This document shows positions 1 through 12,900 of a stretch of 64,000 bases of DNA, in pieces. Each line of letters begins with the position of its first letter. The stretch's first letter is position 1. The position numbers and the translations under genes are program-made. This stretch comes from Mobula hypostoma (Eukaryota): NCBI RefSeq assembly GCF_963921235.1, contig NC_086097.1, positions 186,994,001 through 187,058,000 of the forward strand, given 5' to 3'. Under the pieces are notes generated by a model. The model saw only the letters and a program-made list of their open reading frames with translations. It was not told the DNA's origin and did no database searches.

Positions 1-1516
1 CATACCGTTCGCCTTTTTCACCGCCTGCTGTACCTGCATGCCCACTTTCAATGACTGGTGTATAATGACACCCAGGTCTCGTTGCACCTCCCCTTTTCCT
101 AATCGGCCACCATTCAGATAATAATCTGTTTTCCTATTTTTGCCACCAAAGTGGATAACTTCACATTTATCCACATTAAATTGCATCTGCCATGAGTTTG
201 CCCACTCACCCAACCTATCCAAGTCACCCTGCATCCTCTTAGCATCCTCCTCACTGCTAACACTGCCACCCAGCTTCGTGTCATCCGCAAACTTGGAGAT
301 GCTGCATTTAATTCCCTCATCCAAGTCATTAATATATATTGTAAACAACTGGGGTCCCAGCACTGAGCCTTGCGGTACCCCACTAGTCACCGCCTGCCAT
401 TCTGAAAAGGTCCCGTTTATTCCCACTCTTTGCTTCCTGTCTGCTAACCAATTCTCCACCCACACCAATACCTTACCCCCAATACCGTGTGCTTTAAGTT
501 TGCACACTAATCTCCTGTGTGGGACCTTGTCAAAAGCCTTTTGAAAATCCAAATATACCACATCCACTGGTTCTCCCCTATCCACTCTACTAGTTACATC
601 CTCAAAAAATTCTATGAGATTCGTCAGACATGATTTTCCTTTCACAAATCCATGCTGACTTTGTCCAATCATTTCACCGCTTTCCAAATGTGCTGTTATC
701 ACATCCTTGATAACTGACTCCAGCAGTTTCCCCACCACCGACGTTAGGCTAACCGGCCTATAATTCCCTGGTTTCTCTCTCCCTCCTTTTTTAAAAAGTG
801 GGGTTACATTAGCCACCCTCCAATCCTCAGGAACTAGTCCAGAATCTAACGAGTTTTGAAAAATTATCACTAATGCATCCACTATTTCTTGGGCTACTTC
901 CTTAAGCACTCTGGGATGCAGACCATCTGGCCCTGGGGATTTATCTGCCTTCAATCCCTTCAATTTACCTAACACCACTTCCCTACTAACATGTATTTCG
1001 CTCAGTTCCTCCATCTCACTGGACCCTCTGTCCCTTACTATTTCTGGAAGATTATTTATGTCCTCCTTAGTGAAGACAGAACCAAAGTAATTATTCAATT
1101 GGTCTGCCATGTCCTTGCTCCCCATAATCAATTCACCTGTTTCTGTTTGCAGGGGACCTACATTTGTCTTTATCAGTCTTTTCCTTTTTACATATCTATA
1201 AAAGCTTTTACAGTCTGTTTTTATGTTCTCTGCCAGTTTTCTCTCATAATCTTTTTTCCCCTTCCTAATTAAGCCCTTTGTCCTCCTCTGCTGAACTCTG
1301 AATTTCTCCCAGTCCTCAGGTGAGCCACTTTCTCTGGCTAATTTGTATGCTACTTCTTTGGAATTGATACTATCCCTAATTTCTCTTGTCAGCCACGGGT
1401 GCACTACCTTCCTTGATTTATTCTTTTGCCAAACTGGGATGAACAATTGTTGTAGTTCATCCATGCAACCTTTAAATGCCTGCCATTGCATATCCACCGT
1501 CAATCCTTTAAGTGTC
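1..1516 (-). mobile_element. CR1 LINE ORF2 fragment (RT region), runs off the window start
   Basis: Minus strand encodes [23 protein letters not shown]...[11 protein letters not shown]. Confidence 0.92.
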
Positions 1517-1819
1517 TATTGATCACTGTAAACTGGTTACAATTAGTGTTCTGACTTTATCAGCTTTTTATGGAAAGAAAAATTAAAATAAACACCTGAT
1601 TGCACAACTGAAATTAAGTCATGCTAGGTGAACACAGAATGACTCATTCTTGGAAGTACCAAATCAAATTTCCAGAGTGACAAAATCAGACAAGGAAATG
1701 GTCCTTTTTGTATTTCACTCTGGGTAGCTTTTACTTTATCTGTAACCACAATTATTTAAGAGAGAACAAAGTTAGTATTGGATGTCATTGTTCTGAACTT
1801 ACCATGCAAATCATTGTTC

Positions 1820-2600
1820 AAAGTTCCAAAGGTTCATTTTATTGTCTAAATATACATGTACAATACAACTGATATTTGTCTACTCTAGATAGCCATTAAA
1901 TACAGAAAGACCATGGGTGTTGATGAAAGAAAAGACATTAACTCCCCCCCAGCATGAAAAAGAAACAAAACTCACAAACCCCAAAATTCTCCCTCCCCAG
2001 CAAAAAAAAACAGCAACAATAACAGTCCCCGACTTCCTAAACAATCACTGACCCCATCACCCACAGAAAAAAACAGGTGACAGTTACAATCCCTGACCAC
2101 CTCACTCGCAGAAAAGAATAGTGATAGTAGCAACAAACTCCCAACCTCCCCCCACACACAAAGTTAACATATCACTCACATACCAATCATCCATAAGAAA
2201 GAAAATACCAAAAAAACTGAAGGAAACCAATATACAGTCCAATAATCACATAAATCTCAGAATATGGGAAACGTCTTTTTGTCTACATATGAAGGGAGCA
2301 ACCACATGACCTCAGTCCGTCCGTAAAGACTGACCACCAACGTGGAGCTGAAGGCTGCGATCCGGTTGCTGACTGCCTCTGTTGGGAGCCACCCCTGACC
2401 CCCTCTGCATTCAACTCAATACTTCAATCTTCCTCGCCGCTTTGAGGGGGAGTCATTCATGGCCCTGTACCTCGTCTCTGGTCTTTTCCCTGAGTCAGCT
2501 TGTGTTCTCGGTCCTTTCCAGCCTCCCGTCTTTAATCTTCACAAAGCATCTCTCTGGACACAGCATAGCATTTTTTCAGGTAACTAATCAACAAAACAAT
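1820..2600 (-). mobile_element. Non-autonomous retroposon, related to 12310-12690 and 16098-16888
   Basis: On the minus strand it ends AATAAAATGAACCTTTGGAACTTTGAA, like the plus-strand copies; no ORF; 5' boundary uncertain. Confidence 0.5.
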
Positions 2601-3024
2601 TGTAAATTCTGCACAGAATTTATATTTTAATTTTATAGAAGTCAATATAACCTTAGTATGGAAACATAAATTGGTTTACAATTGGAGGAACTCAAAAGGA
2701 CAGGCAGCATTATGTTTATGACTTCCATTCAATTTACTACATCCAGATATAACAATTCCATTAAGGCATCAGTTTTTTTTCCTTTAAGAATATATTAAAA
2801 TATAAATAAACTGCTCAGCAATTTCTATTTTACCAGATCATAAAGCACATTTGTACAGAATCACAAATTATTTAGCAGTTCATACTACTTTTATCACTAC
2901 TTATGATGAAAACACACTAACAATGTTAATGTTATTGCACACTCTCCAAGGCTGGCACTTCAGTATTAACATTGCAGATGATTGTTTATTTTCAGGGCTA
3001 AAGGAAACTAACTATAGAATCAAA

Positions 3025-3315
3025 TTTCATCACCCATGACTGCATGGCTAAGCATCTGAGTGATGACATTGACAAGTCCGTTGATGACTCAGCAGTGGTG
3101 GGGCTCATCACCAACAATGCTGAGACGTCCTGCAGAGGAGGTGGAAGAGCCTGAGGCCTGGTGCCAGACAAACAATCGCTTCCCTAATGTTAACAAAATA
3201 AAGAAGAATGTTATCGACTTTAGGAGAACTCTCACCATTCACAACCTCTTTACACCAGGGGCACAGCAGTGGAAATTACAAGCAGTTTCCTGGGAGTGTA
3301 CCTCTTGCAGCTTCT
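3025..3315 (+). mobile_element. Rex1/Babar-type LINE RT fragment
   Basis: DDSAVVGLITNN...EAWCQTNN...NVNKIKKNVIDFRR. Confidence 0.7.
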
Positions 3316-3339
3316 AAAATACCACAGATTGTGGAATAG

Positions 3340-4110
3340 TTCCTGGAGGCAGATGATGGTAAATGAAATCCCACCAATAGGAGACAGAGTGAAAAATAAA
3401 ACAAGAAACTACAGTACTGATTAATTAACCTGACATCAGTTGCAGGGAAAATGCTGGAATCTTTTATTCAAAAAATGGCAGTGGGCACTTGGAAAACATT
3501 ATAGAATTTGGAAGAGTCAAAATGAATTTATGAAAGGCAAACCACATTTAATAAATCTGCTTTAGGGTCACAGCAAACAGGTGGACTGATAAATATCATG
3601 TAGTTGAACCTTGCGAGACTTTGAATAAGGTGTGGTGTATTCCCTCATGGGACTGGAGGGGATATTCTAGCATGGACTTTGAATTGGTGAGTAGGCAGAA
3701 AACAGACAGATTAAGAGTAAGCAGATAAATTCATTGTTGTGGTTGTGCCTGTTGGAATGCTGCGGCTGTTCATAATCTACTGTATATCAATCCGTTGGAG
3801 GAGAGGAGCCAGTTTTGTTGATAAGTTAAGGTGGTGCTGGGGGGAAGGATGCAGAGAGTTTGGGGGAAGAAGGATATGTAAAGCTAATTAAAAAGGTCAT
3901 AGCTGATAGAATAAAATGTTGAAAAACATGAGATAATGAAGTTTGGTAAAAACAATGTAATCACTATTGATTTAACGTGCAGGTATGGCATTAGGAAGGC
4001 AGGTGACAGATGAAAATCCTTGGACAAACAGTAAAAGGGTATTATACAAAGGCGTGGACCTTATTATGTACTGTACATCACTGATGAGGGCATTATTACA
4101 GTACTAAATG
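3340..4110 (+). mobile_element. Old, degenerate CR1 fragment
   Basis: Decayed matches to CR1 RT (agtcaaaatgaatttatgaaaggcaaa...). Confidence 0.5.
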
Positions 4111-4647
4111 AAAGCTCTGCATATTTCTAAATGTAGTCACCAGTTTCTACTCCAAGGAAGTTGTACATTTTTATGTGGATTGTTTAACAAATGCAGTCTG
4201 AGGTAGTGAACTTGGTTGGCAGTTGTGAGGTTTCTGAATGACAGACATAGAAATTGGTGGCTGAAAATAGAGTGCAATTACTATTCCATCTGCTTCTCAG
4301 AAATATAATTGATTGAACTGCACCCAGATTATTGTCTCTTCTTGTAATCTTGCAGCCAGAATCGGCTACCTATTAAAAGCCAAGGCTGTGACAGGTTTTT
4401 CTAGCTTTTTGACATAAGTTATTGAATGGCAGAGAAAGCATTATCTTTTAACAGGCAGGCAAATGCTTCTATTTCTTAGCTCCTTCTTAATCCCTTATCA
4501 TATTTCTAAGTACTCTATTCTCCAGCTGGAAGTTCAAGTCAACTTTATGTAATTGAGGCACCTGAAGAGATATGTAGTTTGCATTAATAAGTAACCCATA
4601 AACCAGTATGATAAACCCCATTAACTTAGATGAGAATAAAAGTTCTT

Positions 4648-5397
4648 TGTATTAAGAAGGCCAACGGAATTTTGGCCTTCACTGCTAGAGGGATTGAATT
4701 CGAGAGCAGGGAGGTCATGCTGCAACTATACAAGGTACTGGTGAGGCCACACCTGGAGTATTGTGTGCAGTTCTGGTCTCCGTACTTGAGGAAGGATAAA
4801 CTGGCTTTGGAGGAGTGCAGAGGTTGATTCCAGGGATGAAGGGGTTAACCTATGAGGAGAGATTGAGTTGCCTGGGACTGTACTCTCTGGAGTTCAGAAG
4901 AATGAGAGGAGATCTTATAGAAGCATACAAAATTTTGAAAGGGATAGATAAGATAGAAGTAGGAAAGTTGTTTCCATTGGTAGGTGAGACTAGAACTAGG
5001 GGACGTGCCTCAAGATTCAGGGGAAAAGATTTAGGTTGGAGATGAGGAGAAATTGTTTTTCCCAGAGAATGGTGAATCTGTGGAATTCTCTGCCCGGGGA
5101 GGCAGTTGAGGCTTCTTCACTAAATATATTTAAGAAACAGTTACACGCAAAAATCTGCAGATGCTGGAAATTCAAGCAACACACACAAAATGCTGGTGGA
5201 ATGCAGCAGGCCAGGCAGCATTTTGTAAGAAACAGATAGGTTTATGCATAGTGAGGGAATTAAGGGTTATGGGGAAAAGGCAGGTAGATGGAGCTGAGTT
5301 TACGGACAGGTCAGCCATGATCTTATTGAATGGCGGGGCAGGCTCGATGGGCTGGATGGCCTACTCCTGCTCCTATTTCTTATGTTCTTATGTTCTG
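4648..5397 (+). mobile_element. CR1 LINE 3' end with an internal PLE-repeat insert
   Basis: [24 protein letters not shown]; 3' tail (TTCTTATG)n. Confidence 0.92.
5141..5225. mobile_element. PLE terminal-repeat fragment inserted in CR1
   Basis: ctgcagatgctggaaattcaagcaacacacacaaaatgctgg; flanked by taagaaacag at 5131-5140 and 5226-5235. Confidence 0.8.
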
Positions 5398-6216
5398 ATC
5401 ACCTGAATTTTGTTATTATTTATATAGGCATCACTAAGAAAAGTGTACTTTAAATTTAAAAGTACATGTGATCTGCTTTGGGTAATTCAATACCATCTTA
5501 GTTATGGTATGCCATCCTTTCTTTAGTGGGGCTTACAGAATGGAAACACAGCACTGGAAGTACACAGGTCAGGTAGTATCTATGGAGGGATAAACAATGT
5601 TAGCATTTCAATGACAATAATGACTTAGCATCAAAGACAATACCTTGTCTACCATACTTGACATGATGCTTGTTGCTATTGGAAAATAAGAAGTTTTTTT
5701 ATAATAGGACTCTAATCATAAAGCTGATTCTAGAGGAATTCAACTTGCTGCAAGGGCATCTCCAGCCACCATTTTACATGTAGTTTTAGTGATATTTAGT
5801 CAATGTCAGGATAGCTGTGGTTGAAGCCTAGAGCAAGTTCAAGTTGAAGTGCCTATGGACATGTTATGCTTAGCTAACAATAAAGTCAGCAACCTTCAAA
5901 CTACTACATGCCCATGACTAAATTTGGAGGTTCAGAGCTTGGAAGGCATATGTGTACATTTTTCCTGCAGATTCATCCTTGCATTTTAATCTCATCTGCA
6001 TCCATTTCAGTTACCTCTTATTCCTTCATTTTTTATGAAAATTAACGATTGAGATGTCTTTTGAGGATGTGCGAAAGCTCTTGGAGATGATGTTGCCCAT
6101 TTGTTGCTTACCTTCTAAGCTTTTTGCAAAACATCAAATCTGCAGTTAGAGTTATGCACATTTATGATGCTTTAACAATTGTTGAAGACAACATTTTAAT
6201 TTAAGGCCTGCTAAAA

Positions 6217-6222
6217 TTTATT
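6217..6222 (-). promoter_or_regulatory. Candidate RIPK2 polyadenylation signal AATAAA
   Basis: tttatt on the plus strand, about 400 nt downstream of the stop; an ATTAAA also lies at 6195-6200. Confidence 0.35.
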
Positions 6223-6621
6223 TCTAAAACTCAGCTGTAAACGGCACATCTTGTAGTGTCATCCTAATGAGGCAATCACTGTTTTTTTCCACAGAAACAC
6301 ACAATAACGAACAGCCTCCACTTTAAGGGTGTGACACTATATCATTGTTCATACATCGTACAATCTAGGTAAAGGAAGATTTACAAATATAAATCACTTT
6401 TTGCTGGAGAATCATCAACTGTGAAGAACAGACAAACGGGATATGTTCATGATACCATTCACATTTTCTGGTTTATGAAAATATTTTTAATTTGTAAAAT
6501 ATTATAGTCTCTAGGTGCAATCCATAGTTCAAGGCAAAGAACACTGAAGATGAATTAACCATGATATCATAGCTTATAGGAGCAAGGTAACAGTAGATCC
6601 AATAACAAACGTGAATAATAG

Positions 6622-6980
6622 TCACTTGCTTTTGAGATGAGTTGGCATCAGGCTTATGAGAGAAACTGGACTGGATAACGTGCATAGCTCTGGATAAGGT
6701 TGAAGTCCCATTTGCTTATTGTCTTTTAACTTCTGAACGATGACTTTGGCGAAATCTTCTCCTTGGTTGTCACTAGTGTCTAGGAGTTGTCGGACTTTGG
6801 CTGTTCTAGTGGGTTTGGTGCTGATGAGCTCATAGTCCTCTTTCATTATTAGATCACGAGAAATGAGGGCATCCAGTGTTTGATTAAGACATGCTTCTGT
6901 CATTTGATTAATAATATCCTCTCTTTTGCTTTGAATCCACTGATCGGCCACACCTCGATGGATTGATTCTGTGAGGAAAC
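6622..6980 (-). CDS. RIPK2: RIPK2 exon 11 coding part (CARD), TGA at 6624-6622
   Basis: gcctatgcag|[35 protein letters not shown]...[15 protein letters not shown]. Confidence 0.97.
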
Positions 6981-9900
6981 CTGCATAGGCAACATTCATC
7001 AGTAAATGGAGTCCAGCACTAACAATATTAATGTATTTGACACAATCAACAATGATAAAACAGTGTTTGATTATTTTTATAGGGCGAGGGCTATACCTCT
7101 GAATACAGTAAAAATCTGAAAATCTGCTTTCCAGGATCTGGCTCTTCAGGGCTCCACTTCCTGCATTCTCTTCAAAATCTCTGGATTCACCACTCTAACC
7201 ATAACCCCAATAGCCACAAGGGAAATTAACATCTAACACCTTAGAAAATCTCATAGTATGGCATCAAAGTTCAAGAAGGACTTCAATCTGGAAAAGTGTG
7301 AAGTGATAAACTTTGGAAGTTCAAACTTGAAAACAGAGCACAAGGTTAATGGCAGGATTCTTAGCAGTGTGGAGGATTTAAGGGATCTTGGAGTCCATAT
7401 CATAGATCCCTCGAATTTGTCATGGAGTGAAGAAGGATAAAAGGTGACTTGATAAAGGTGTATAAGATAAGAAGCATAGATAAAGGCTGATACGAGAGGG
7501 CATGATTTTAAGGTGATTGGAGGGGGGATGTCAGGTAATCTTTTTACATAGAGAGTAGTGGGTGCATTGACAATGAACACACAACCAGGGTGCTGGTAGG
7601 GGCAGATATATTAGGTTCATTTAACAGACTCTTAGATAGCCACATGGATGGAAGGAAACTGGAGGGCCATGTGGGAGGGAAGGGTTACATTAATCTTGTA
7701 GATATAATGCAGGCACAGAATTGTGGGTCAAATGGCTTGTACTGTATTGTGTTCTATGTTCCAATACACATTTTACTTAAAATGCTTTGGCAACTTTAGA
7801 ACAGCCTAGTGTCTGAGTGCAGAGTTGAAGCAGTGGACAAAATGTGAAGATCAAGTGATCAGGGCAAGTGATAAAACTTCAGATGGGAGTGGAAATACCA
7901 AATCTGTGTTTTATTTGCCTCCTGAAGGAAGTCCTATTGATTTGGTGTTGGTTCAATGGCTGGGTTCCTTATAATGAAGCAAATTGCAATAGAATTTAGG
8001 GGTACCTTTATATTACTGGCTTCCAGCTTTTGTAATGACATAGAAGAAAAGGGTTCCTCATTTTAAAGGACTTTCGTTTCCTTAAAGCAAGAAAACAAAA
8101 ATCTGTGGTTATGGTTGAATATTTTCTCCTTATTGGGGCAGCAATCTACTCATCTGGCAACTAATCTCCAATGTTAAATCTCACCTTTAAACAACCCGGT
8201 AAATAAGCTGTGAATGCAGTTTACCTAATGCTATTTGCCTCTGGTGCTGCTGCAAGTTAGTATGCATGTGCATCTGACAATGAATCTGACTTTGACTTCC
8301 AGATTGAAGATACTAAAAAGGTAATTTCCACTGGGATAGGTGGAATTGTCTAAGATTTATACAACTGTCAATTTTTTCAGTTAGCGGATGGGAATAACTC
8401 TAGGATTAATTTACATAGCAGTTGCTGCTGGTTTTGCTTAACATTCATCAGATGAATGTTTCATTATATCTTTACTTTTGAATCAAAGAAAATACCACAG
8501 ATGCAATAAATATAAATACATAAGATTGCTTATATACATAGATCAATTATATGTCCATAAAGCAACGCCAGGCTGTACATAGTTGACTGACAGGAAATAA
8601 TTAAGTAGTGGTGGAGTTCCAGCATTTATATAAATGATTTGGATGTGAATGCACAAAGCTTCACCAATAAGTTTGTGGGTGACACAAAATTAGACTGTTG
8701 ATAGTGAAGAAGTTTATTATAGATGATAAGGGGACTTTGACTAGTTTGGAAAGTGGGCCAAGGAGTAGGACAAGGATTTCATAAGTTAAGTGCATTTTGG
8801 CAAGTCAAAACAGCATTAGGCTTGTACTATAAATGACAGGGCACTGAGGACTGCAGAACATAGTTAGTTGAAAGCAGCATCACAGATAGGGCATTTTAAA
8901 AAGGCATTTAGCATGCTGGCCTTCAGTCAGGGCATTGAGTGTAAAAGTTGGGACATTATGTTACAATTGTGTCTGCTGTTGGTGAGGCCGTACTTGTACT
9001 ATATATGGTTTGGGTCTCACTGCTGTAGGAACATGGTCAAATTGGAAAAGTTTATGAGGATGTTACTGGGACTAAGGGACTTGCGTTGTTCCAGGTTGGC
9101 CAGTCTAGGTCTTTATTCCTCGTAACACTGAAGAATTAAATATTTAAAATTATGAGAGGCATAGATAAGGTGGTTGGTAACAGACTTTTCCTAAGGGTAG
9201 GGGAGTTTGGGTGATTTTGCATGAGAGGGAAAAGACATTGAAGGGTCCTGAGTGGCAACTTTTTCTTGCAGAGGATGGTGAGTAACACAATGAGCTTCCA
9301 CAAGTGGTTGAGGCAGGCACCATAATATCATTTAGGGAGCACTTGGATGTGGAATGGCTCAGAGGAAAATAGGCTAAATGTAACAAAAATCGGGACTAGC
9401 TGGATAGATACCATGGTCTGCATGGACTCATTTGGCCAAAGGGCCTGTATCTGTGCCTTTTTTTCTCTCTCTCGCTCGCTCTCGCTCTCTCTCTCTCATT
9501 ATTCATAATTTTTTTTTTCCTTCCATTGCCTGGTGAGGCTCCAGTAACCTAGATCCATGAATTTCAGCAAATAACAAAATGTTTCTATCTGGCTGGAAAT
9601 TTCCAAGTATAAAAATACGGGCTTCAGTTATAGTCGATCACAGTTTAACTGTACTTACTAGTGGAAGGTTGCAGTGTTATTAGTCCCAATCCGCAATCCG
9701 ATTCACTTTCCGGAATTCCACTTCGTGGAGCAAAGTTGTCATCTGGTTGGCATATAGCAGTCTGAGGCAAACTGCCTTCGTTGCTGAGGCTAGCTAAAGG
9801 TGCTGGGTACAATTCTTCTTGACACTTCATACTAGACTGTATATTTTTGTCTGTATTACCTATACAGTAACAGACATATCAGAAAGGATTAAACTATAGC

Positions 9901-12900
9901 AGTACTGATTAAAGATTATACTCAATAAGGACCCTCACCATCCAGTCATGCCCTCTTCTTATTGCTATTATCAGGAGGTGGTACAAGAGCCAGAAGGTGC
10001 ACACACTGTATTTTAGGAACAGTTTTTTTTCCTCTGCAGGTTTTTGAACAGTTCATGAACACTACCTTTGTATTCTTCTTTTGCACTTTGTTATTTCGTT
10101 AATTATTGTAACTTGTCAAAGTATTTTATGTCTTGCACTGTAGGGCTGCCACAAAAGCAACAAATTTCACAACAAGTGATAATTAACCTGATTCTAATTT
10201 TGGAATAAAATATTTTGAAAGCTAATCATTTTGCAAAAAAAGTGAGTTAGTTAGCAAGGTGAATTAATTAAATATTGGAACGAGTCTGCAAACAGTGCTG
10301 TTCACAAACAGCTCATGCTTTAAACACTAAGGATTAATGAACCCAAAAGATAGGAGAAAAAAAATTACATTTGAAAGACAATCAATTTTATTGAACACGA
10401 TTTGTACCATCTTGCATTAACTGAATTTATTATACCTCCATATCTTACTTCAATTTTCTGGCATGCAAATATACATGGGAATTATAAAATCGATGATCTA
10501 TTTGGGCTTTCTTTGATATAACCATAACACTGTATCTCTTCTACAAGGTTATTAAATATTGCCTTTATGAACTCTTCAGCTTAACTCAATGGTGAAAAGG
10601 GCCTTTTAATGGTTGAGATTTTCCACTTTATAAAGGCTACCTCTGCTACTTTATCCACTTTCACATCTACAACTCCCATTGATGAATTCATTACCCGCAG
10701 ACTTGACAACAATGTTTTTCTTGCTAGTATTTAATCCTCTAGAAAATCAGTTCATATCTTCAAAATTAATTTACTCATTGCATCTCTCTTTTCTCAAACT
10801 TGCACCTCTCCAGAGCTGACTTCTGATTTGCATTGAAAAGGACTGACAACCATGCCTTCCTAATTTTTCTGTGCACATACACTTCATGCTTGTTACTGAC
10901 ACTGGAATTTACCTCTTTGTATATCCATGCCACACCCTTGTTAATCTTCATATTTCATACAGAATATACTGCCACACTTTCAAGCTACTTTCAGAACTCT
11001 ATTTATTTGTGACTCAAGATCTTCCTGGTAGATTGGTTCTAGCAGTAGTTTTTCTGCTTTCAAAATGCTAATCAAATGCATCAAATTCTTCAAAAATCTT
11101 TTTTTTAACTTTTTGTTCTACTTTCTTTCCATTACCTCTTAACCTTCACAATCTTTCACTTAACATGTGGTAAATTGCCTTTACTTCCTCTGCTGTCACC
11201 TACACTGATTTTCCAACCTTTCCTAGACTTGTGGACTGCTTTTTCTTTTTTCTCATTTTTACAACAAGCACATTTCATGGATCCCTGCTCTACAAGTGTT
11301 TCATCTATTGAATCAAATACCAGCAATACAGCATCAAAAAACCTTTATACTTACTTATATTCTTGTGCATATCAGCTCCATCTTCCACTGGAATAGCAAC
11401 TGCGTCTTGCACTGAAGAGGAAAGTGAATTGCACGAAGTGAATAAAGAAGCTTCTGGTGAGAGCTGATTGTATGGTCCTGATGATGGCTGATAGGAGACA
11501 TTTCCCTGCTGGGAGGATAAACTTTGTGGTTCTGTATTCACTGCCTGTAGTACAACAGAATCCATTCAAAGAAGATGAATTTAAAAAGTGATTTATTGTT
11601 ATCAAATTATTGTAAAATAAGTTACAAGATTGACTGGGTTCCAAATAATGTCAGATAGTTACAACCATTGTGCATGATAATGCTGGTGCCTCTGATATCT
11701 CTTTGACCATGGTCAAGCTAAACAGCTATCTGGCAACCAGAATTACAGTTCACCCCATTAGCTTCTTTATTGTTCTAGAATCCGTTTTTTTTTAAAAGAT
11801 ACATGAGATTCTGTATATACTGAAAGTCTTGAGCAACATATACCAAATGCTGTAGGAACCCAGTAAGTCAGACAGTACCAATGAGGGGAAATAAACAGTC
11901 GACTTTTCAGTTCAGATGACGGGTATTGGTCTGATACATAAACTATTTATTTCTCTCTATTAATGCTGCCTGACTTGCTGAGTTCTTCCAGTATTTTGTA
12001 TGTCATAAGCAGTGGTCAGTGAGTCACTGGTGGCAGTTGGAGATAATACAGACAAAGGATTGTAAACTGCTATGAAATGCAGGGCTGTTGGATATGACCA
12101 GCAGGTCAGGTCATGATAATGGAGGAAAATACCGAGCCAATATCACAGATAGATCATATACAGTTTGGAACTAAATTTAACAATCCTAATGTTATATCTG
12201 AACACCTTGCAAGTTTGAAACTTGAAATTTCAAATTTCCCACCAGTACCTAACTCACATAAGTTTTGACTTTGAAGTCAGCTTCTGTAAAATATGGTGAG
12301 GAGGAGGACCTAGGAAAGATGGTGCTAGTGGTTTTGTAGACCCAGGCAACTCCTTCAAGTTCATCCACGAAACAGCTTATTCTTCTTCGCTTTTCTTTTC
12401 TTTTCAAGGTGGTCGGGGTTCTGTCGGAGTCTGTGATTTACAGCTCAAACTATGTCTATGGTGGGAGGGTTGGTGCTTTTGCTTCTGCTGCTGTTTGTGT
12501 GTGGAATAGGTGGGGGGGAGCTTCGGGATTCTAATGTTTCATTCATTCTTTGGGATTTCTTGTTTTGTGGATGTCATAGTCATAGTCATACTTTATTGAT
12601 CCCGGGGGAAATTGGTTTTCTGTGAACAGTAAGAATTTCAGCTCGTATACTTTACATATTCTCTGAGATTAAATTGGACTATTTGAACCTATTCTGTCAA
12701 ATGATGTCCACTGAGACCTTCACTTTCCTGTCAAAGCAACAGCCCATTTACATTCCACTGACTTCCTTTCAAAATGCTGCCACTCTTAATATATTTTGAC
12801 AGGGAGTCTTGCCAGTCTGATAGGGAATATCATGTATTTGAATGGCATCTCAAGCTATTGTGTATATTAATTTTTCAGTGAATGTTGTAAATTTGCAATC

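Noticed and set aside
6981..6999. ORF-track start Met for a standalone 125-aa CARD protein
   Set aside because: MNVAYA is intronic; a good acceptor at 6981-6982 joins exon 10 in phase.
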